A stretch of 59,528 nt of DNA, the filler included, from Sphacelaria rigidula (lineage: Eukaryota): NCBI GenBank assembly GCA_964200075.2. It is 6 parts of 6 records of this genome, joined end to end, with 100 filler letters (N's around TTAATTAATTAA, not from the genome) between each part and the next. Parts side by side here need not be neighbours in the genome. Positions count along the whole stretch, not along the records: positions 49,692 to 59,528 come from CAXNAA020007660.1; 5 more parts are not named here. One strand, written 5' to 3'. Position numbers and translations under genes: made by a program. Below the pieces are notes generated by a model that saw only the letters and a list, made by a program, of their open reading frames with translations, had not been told where the DNA came from and searched no databases. Shown here piece after piece: positions 52,787 to 59,528 of this stretch (position 1 is its first letter; each line of letters starts with the position of its first letter).

Positions 52787-53888
52787 CAAAGGCGCGTCGA
52801 AAGTAGAGTATACTCAATACTCAGTGTTTTCCAAGGGTCACAATTTTAGTACTCGAATTTTTAGTAGCGTAATTAAGGCCGTACTCAATGTACTTGAAAT
52901 TTTAGTACGATAATTTGAGGCTGTACTCGACCTACACAAAATTTAAGTAGAGTAGCTGAGGCCGTACTCGACCTACTGGAAATTTGAGCCGAGTATTCGA
53001 GGCCGTACTCGATCTACTTGAAGTTTGAGTAGAGTATTTGAGGCCGTACTCGACCTACTCAAAATTTGAGTAGAGTGTTGAAATCACACCCAAGTGATAC
53101 TCTATACTCGAGAATTACTGAAAGTGCGTACTCAATATTTGATTGCAGTATTTGAGGTCGTACTACCTACTCAAATTTCGAGTAGAGTATTCGAGACCGT
53201 AGTTGACCTACTCAAAATTTGAGTGGAGTATAGCCCGTGCTCGATATACCCGACCCGAACTTGGGTAGAGTATCTGTGGCCGAACCCGATGTACCTACCC
53301 GACGACCCGTCTAGTCGATTACTCAATGATGATGAGTAGCGCTCTGTACTGAAAGTGATATCGAAGGGGTTGAGTGGTATCAAGTTTGTCTACTGCCATG
53401 GGTGGGGGCAGGTGAGCTGGGGCAGATAGGTTCATTCACTTGCACGCTTTTTTTGTTTTTTTATGGCCATCATTGGCTCATATTCATTGTAGTCCGTGAT
53501 GTACCGCCGCTCATCTAATTGATAGCCATCGTTCGCCCATGTATTCAACATAGCCTGTGAAGTGACGCCACTAAGTCGCCGACGGTCACGGTTGCTTATC
53601 ATACCCAAGTGATATTCTATACTCGAGTATTACTGAAAGTGCTTACTCAGTATTTGATTAGAGTATTCGAGGTCTTGGTCGATCTAATCAAAATTTGAGT
53701 TTAGTATTTGAAGCCGTACTCAACCTTGTCAAATTTTGAGTAGAGTATTTGAGGCCGTACTCGACCTACTCGAAATTTGAGTAGAGTATTTGAGGCTGTG
53801 CTCGACCTACTCGAAATTTGAGTAGAGTAAATAATCGGGTATTTTACTCGAGTACTCAAAAGTACATACTCTACTCGTCCTGCCCTTG
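52787..53888. mobile_element. Foldback-like element A: CAA(A/G)GGC termini and two blocks of 41-bp subterminal repeats
   Basis: Unit GAGTAGAGTATTTGAGGCCGTACTCGACCTACTCGAAATTT, with GCCGTACTC at 52961, 53002 and 53043; flanks AAATCTTG/AAATTTTG. Confidence 0.8.
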
Positions 53889-53896
53889 AAATTTTG

Positions 53897-54834
53897 CACA
53901 CCCTGTACAACTATGACCAACAACTAACTACTGTAATTGGCTGTTTGTCGACCAATTACCGGCTAGTTGTCTCCAAACAAGTAGTTGCGCACGATTCTGA
54001 GAGATTTTTTGTTTGGGAACAACTAGTTGTACACGATTCTGAAAGAGTAGTTGTTTGGAAACAACTAGTTGCGCACGATTCTGAACAGTCAGTTATTTGG
54101 AAACTAGTTACACACGATTCGGAACAAGTAGTTGTTTGATGGCCCGGGTAGTTGTCAACATCGTAGAACAATTACAATTAGACCTTTGACTGAGATCGAG
54201 CTGACGCATGAAAACGTGAGCACCCCACGCATTCACACACACACACGAGAGACCGAGCGCACCTAATGGCAGCTGTGCTACCAGCCGCCCCTACAGCAAC
54301 ACCAGCAGCAGAAGGTGGCCAGCAAACGTGTTTGTGTTTTTAATGTCGGAGGGGAACCGTGGTTGATCAAGCCAGTCGAGCATGATGCACACATGAAACA
54401 GCAGTAAAGCCTGAACCTTGAACGTGTCATGCTCGCGCCCCGAATGACGTATGTCTTTGTTTTGCATCATACCGCATGTTTCTGTATTTTTCTTTATCCA
54501 GGAGTATGTCGGCCCGATCTCTCTGGCCTACTCCCTGTCATGCACAGATACGAGTTCACAACACTACTATACAGCGTTTTTTTTTTTTTCCAACTATACC
54601 CAACTGAAGTTAGTTGTTTGTCGACCAACTACCTAGTAGTTGTTTGGAAACAACTAGTTGCACACGATTCTGAACAGTTGGTTGCTTGGAAACAATTAGG
54701 CGCACACGACTCTGAACAACTAGTTGCCCACGATTCTGAACAGTCAGTTGTTTGAAAACAACTAGTTGCACACGATTCTGAACAGTCAGTTGTTTGAGAA
54801 ACAACTGCCAACTATTGTAGTTGTACAGGGTGTG
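53897..54834. mobile_element. Foldback-like element B: 17-bp TIR CACACCCTGTACAACTA and 42-bp subterminal repeats
   Basis: Perfect TIRs; unit AAACAACTAGTTGCACACGATTCTGAACAGTCAGTTGTTTG; flanks AAATTTTG/AAATCTTA. Confidence 0.9.
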
Positions 54835-54881
54835 AAATCTTAATTAAAATGAATGAAAGGATAGTGCTAAATTTATCGTGA

Positions 54882-55152
54882 GAGTGATGCTACGGTAGTG
54901 CCACTTGTTTAGCGAAAACGTTTCTCGGGGCTGCTCGGGGTGTTGGATGGGTCATTTTGTGAATCGCCATCATTTTTACTTGGAAAAGTCCGAAAATGAT
55001 GCCGATTTATGAAAAGGCCCCTGCGTGCAAACATCATGTTTCTGGTAGCCCGGTCTCCGGAGATTTGGGTTGCACGGTAAGCCCCATATATTTTTGCTTG
55101 TAGAAGGAAAGCCCCAGAAACAAAACGTGGAACCTCTACCGCAGCATTGCTC
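54882..55152. mobile_element. MITE with GAG-starting TIRs and a 4-bp TSD (Sola-like), copy 1
   Basis: GTGA|GAGTGATGCTACGGTAG...CTACCGCAGCATTGCTC|ATGA. Confidence 0.75.
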
Positions 55153-55229
55153 ATGAAACGGACAGCTAAGCCACGTAGCTGTCGGGTGTATTGTAGTGTT
55201 GTGTGGTCTTTTGAAAAAGTTTCGTTCGC

Positions 55230-58200
55230 CAACAAATTCCCGGCGAAATCATGACGTTTCGAGTCCCATACGTGCCAAGGCGACCCTTGACAATTGACTC
55301 GAACGAACTCAATGGTCCTTCAATCGAGATCCCAAAATGCTTGGCATAGTCAAAGGGTTGGGTATCTGGCTTGATGTATCACCGGTGAGCTGACTGGTCA
55401 TATAGGGCAAGGGTGACGATGGGGGCAGAGGCAGCGGGACTTCAGGTTATGGGCTGTAGAAGGGGGCAACGGGGTGGCGTCATTTACGATAATGACATCG
55501 CCGCACAGGCGCGGGCCGTCGGACCCGCCGCTATCACCATCCTCCCCACCGGCCTCCTCATGTGCAGGGGCGGGTATACCGCAAGTGCACGGAAACGGCG
55601 GTATGTGCTTAGACATTCTCGCCCGCGCGATCGCATACTTAGGCGGATGCCACCACGCTCTCTGCACGGCGTTTCGTGCCGTTGTAGTCCCGGGGGACCC
55701 CTGCCCCTGCATGCTCAACCTGAAGAGTGCCAGTGGATCCCGCGGTCGTTGCTGCACACCGAGCGACAGCTTACGGCAGGACCGTGTTTGACACGCCCTT
55801 CGAAGCGACCGGAGGAGATTGAAATCCTACATCGACCCGCGACGTTCCAGCAACTAGGCAGACGCTTCCTGCTGCGAGTGTTGGTGCATTACACCGCAGA
55901 CCTCCGTTCCACCAGGCAGCGCATGTTGGTGGCGCCCGCGTTACCTGCTGGGTTTCCTCGAGAGCACAATCCTTGCGGACAACGTCAACGTTTCCTCCGT
56001 GTACGGGATTCATGGTCCCCGGCCCCGGCATGATGTAGAACCGATGTTGGTTCTACTCGCCTGGCCGCCGAGATCCGTAGCTTACCTGTGCCGAACGCCC
56101 TGATTTCGCATGCGAGAACCTCGTCCTCGAAGGTAGCCTTTGCCACGGAGGTGGTCAGGGTGGATCCTTTTACGGCACCCAAGGCCTTGTTCGCGGCGGA
56201 AGCGCGGTACCGCGGCGGTGACGCAGGTAAACGGGCTGGCGGGCCGTTCGGGTGGACCGCCACACGTCACGAGAGTGCTAAAGAGGCTGCGGCAGCAGGA
56301 TACGCGATGTGCCAAACGCTGGGGTCAGGCAACACCACGACCCTTAACGGGACTTGTTCCTTCAGCACAGGTGCACGATGAGACTGGACCTGACCCCACA
56401 GCGTGCCTGCCCCGCCGTGAGTGGGGTTAGATCCCGACGAAATACTCTGCCGGGCACGTGAATGTGGGGGGCGTGCTCAACCGCGTGAGTAAGTCGTATA
56501 TGACACCGGCGTAGCGCACGTCAGGTCAAAGGTGGTGTTTTTGGAAGAAATGATGTATTGGCGCCTTGAGGGCGCCAAAAGGGACGCGGTTTGCGCGGCG
56601 AACGGAAGTATCAATCATGTGCGAACGGGTGGGGCACAGAGGTTGACATGGAGCCTTGTTCGATATGCTGACGTACTCACTGGCGCGGACTATGAGCACA
56701 TCGCTACAGCGACGCGTCCTAGGGCAACGTGGACCGGGCCCCGTGCGGAACATACGGACCACAACCGCGGTACGGCGGCCCCTTGAACTGAAGGCAACAT
56801 GTACACGATTGTGGAGAGTGATGCTACGGTAGGGTTGCACTTTTTGAGCGAAAATGTTTCTCGAGGTGTTAACACGGATGCATCTCCATGTCCTGTCCCC
56901 GGAGATTTGGGCTACACAGTAAGCCCCATATATTTGGGCTCCTACAAAAACGGGCCCCAAAAACAAAAAGTGCAACCCCTATCGTAGCATTGCTCTGGAT
57001 CGATTACCAAGAATCGGCCTGCCTACTTTGGCGTGTCGTTGGTAGGAGGCGTGGGAGGCCATAAGGACGAACAAGAACAGCAACTAGATAACCAAAACCT
57101 CTAAGTGTCGCTCCAGTCCGGGCATGGCGGTAGGGTTCATGTCTCCTGCCTCTTCCAGAGATCAGCCACTCTTGCGGCGAGGACAACTGATCCGACGCCG
57201 TGTTCCGCTTGCCAGGAGGAGCTCCCTCCTAGACCACAGATCCCGGCGGCGGTGGCGGCCGGATTTGTCGTTGTCAACTATCCCGGATACCTTCAATGGC
57301 CAAATATCAACCTACGCTGGCGGCACCATTGCCTGCGCGAGTCCCATGCCAGTGGGCAGTAGCACCGCACCACCGGACCCATGCTACCCGCCGCTGAGTC
57401 CGTATGGCAACGTTGATCAGTAAGTACGGCGAAGGGGACACCGTGCCATAGCGTCCTACGTTCTGGTTCCCCTCGTCTACGTTCTTGGTTTCCCCGCGAA
57501 CGCGTATGCCAGATTCCAGTGCTCCCTGTCCTCGTAAACGATCATGAGTGCGCACCGCTCCCTTATCTAGGCTCCTAACCCTACGCAAGTATAGGCTTTG
57601 CCCACCCGGACACGAGTGCCGTAATGTCGCTCGCCGATTGATCGCAGGTCTCAACGCCGACTAGGAAAGCACTCTTGGGTGGTGGGCGTATGGCATTAAT
57701 GCCGCCCTTGGCGAAGGAAGCCTAATCCCACCGCTCGCGGCACCTCCAGTCCAGATCGTGGGGGGGCACGGGGAATACAGACGGTGGGGCGGACGAGAAG
57801 AGGGTCGTAGAGCTGATATGCGCGGGGGGGGGGGATCACTGCCGATGGGGACGATGATGGGGGGGCAAGTGTTTCCGACCGCGGCTGGATCGGTAACACT
57901 CTTGGAGGCCGCACCGCTGCCTGTTGACGCCAATGATCGGCCGGGTTGCTCATGTCTAGGTGGGAGCGGGCGGCGGCGCTACCTGTGGTGGGGGGTACGG
58001 TAGACCGAGCGGCTAGGCGAGGAGGCAACTTGGATGCCACAGGGAGTAGCCTATCACTCGCGTTGGTGCGATATCGCCTGCAGTGCACAGGATGAAGGAG
58101 GTGGCCAGAGTTGATGCGGGGGGATCATAGGGGCGAAAGTAAAGCTGGCGAAGGCGGAAGACCGTAGAGGCGGAAGCCCGAGCGGCGGAGATGGAAGTGC

Positions 58201-59454
58201 TGCCGAGCTCAGGCATGGAGCTACCGACAGAACGTCAAGCGAGGGCAGATGCGACAAAGAAGGCGTGGGAAACGACCGTGCCAAAGGCCGTGAAGACGCC
58301 GTTGGCACCGGCACGTCTTAGGACTGCGGCCCGAGATGTGTCAGTGTCGGTAGCCGGTGACGGCAGGGAATTCGGAACAGGAGAGGGTCGTAGCAGTGGC
58401 AGTACTGGTCGCGGCTGCGGCGGATCCGAGAGATGTAGATGATTTGGTGGCGCTATCGCTACTGGCGCCGGCCGAGGGGAGAACCGCAGTAGAAGAGGGG
58501 GCGACACGAGGGGGAAATTGATGTGGCATAGTGGGAGGCTGTGGAATTGTAATTGAAACAACTGGTGAATACCCTAAGGCCGAACCGATGTTGCAGAGAG
58601 GGAGGCCGGCCACGGCAGTGGAGGCAATGGACCGGGAGACGGTGGCAATCGAGAGCGGACGGACACCCCACAGTGAGTCGTGGGGGAGGAGGACTCCCCA
58701 GCGGAGGTGGGAGCGGCGAAGCCAGCGAAATTGAACTGGGTGAGACCGCTACGGCGGCGGCAGCGGATCAGAGAAAGGGAGGGTTAGTATAGGCGATCTA
58801 GCCACGGCTGGTGAGCCGACACCCAGTCGTTTGACCTGAGGGGTGCGGGGATTAAGAGCTCCGGGGGCGGTCGGGATATTTTCCGGAAAGACCGCCGCAG
58901 CATCGGGGCCACAGCCAAATGCGTTACTCACGAACCGAGATCGGACACGTCGTCGGGCGTGCTGCCGGCAGCGGGGCCGGAAGCCGGTGCGATGCCAGCT
59001 GCAGCGACGCCGACGATGGCAGAGGGATCGTCGGCAAAGGGGTGTACGAAAATAGCGGGGACGACGGTAGAGACACAGAGAGCGTTAACAGCCCCTCAGG
59101 ATAAAATGGAGGAGGCGATGGAGGCGGTGGGTAGGATAGAAGGTGCGGTCGAGCCAATACCAGTGACGGAAGAGGCCCTGCTATCGATGGGAGCCACGGT
59201 GGTGGTGCTGAAGGTAACAACACCGGCGCTTCCGGCGACTGTGGCGCCGTCGCTGAGAAAGCCTGCACTCAGGAGAGCGGCAACGTGAGGGGGAACCGCC
59301 GTGCGGTCGTAAATGAAGGCGTCGGCATTACTAGAGGTAGAGCAACAGCAGAAGAGAGAGCGCTGGTCTGTAGGAGTTTTGAAATGGAGGAGCCCACCGC
59401 AACCGGAGGAACTTTAGACGAGCAAGAGGTGGTGGTTGACGGCGGGCCAGTCAT
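55230..59454 (-). pseudogene. Long decayed coding region, probably the 5' part of an RLE-type non-LTR retrotransposon
   Basis: ATG at 59454 after a T-rich leader. About 4 kb of Pro/Ser/Ala-rich broken frames, then zinc-finger-like pieces (ACRGRGPPGLQRHETPC, RCGVRSSLIVHLC). No RT is reached. Confidence 0.35.
56816..56995. mobile_element. Sola-like MITE, copy 2 (internally deleted)
   Basis: TGGA|GAGTGATGCTACGGTAGGGTTGCAC...GTGCAACCCCTATCGTAGCATTGCTC|TGGA. Confidence 0.85.
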
Positions 59455-59528
59455 CGTTAAAGAAAAAAATAGTAAATAAAGAAAAATATCAACAAAGGCA
59501 AAGCACAGGAAGAGATGGGTGACCTGAA

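Noticed and set aside
52800..54830. CRISPR-like regular arrays (also 14320-15420 and 25810-27240)
   Set aside because: Whole units are degenerate tandem copies with no unique spacers. Those at 52.8-54.8 kb lie within TIR/TSD-bounded elements, no cas genes are present, and the context is eukaryotic.

Overview
Eukaryotic, repeat-rich genomic DNA, most likely from a brown alga or related stramenopile (inferred from GT-AG introns with polypyrimidine acceptors, TTAGGG tracts and the style of the transposon relics). The window is not one locus. It holds six unrelated contigs of near-identical, descending length (9839, 9838, 9838, 9838, 9838, 9837 bp) joined by 100-bp N44-TTAATTAATTAA-N44 linkers. 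Host genes: five 3' exons of a TatD-family nuclease (minus strand, contig 3); a head-to-head pair of paralogous signal-peptide genes with weak resemblance to a glutamate-receptor/periplasmic-binding domain (contig 1); and one intronless orphan ORF (contig 2). Most of the rest is mobile DNA. A Copia-type gag-PR-(INT) half lies co-linear with a Gypsy RT-RNaseH-INT half. There are also relics of an RTE LINE endonuclease, P-like and hAT transposases and RLE-type non-LTR elements, and many MITE/foldback elements with readable TIRs and TSDs, including two different foldback elements stacked at one triplicated 8-bp target site. No CRISPR array, rRNA or complete tRNA was seen. All protein-family calls come from motif recognition by eye, not database searches.
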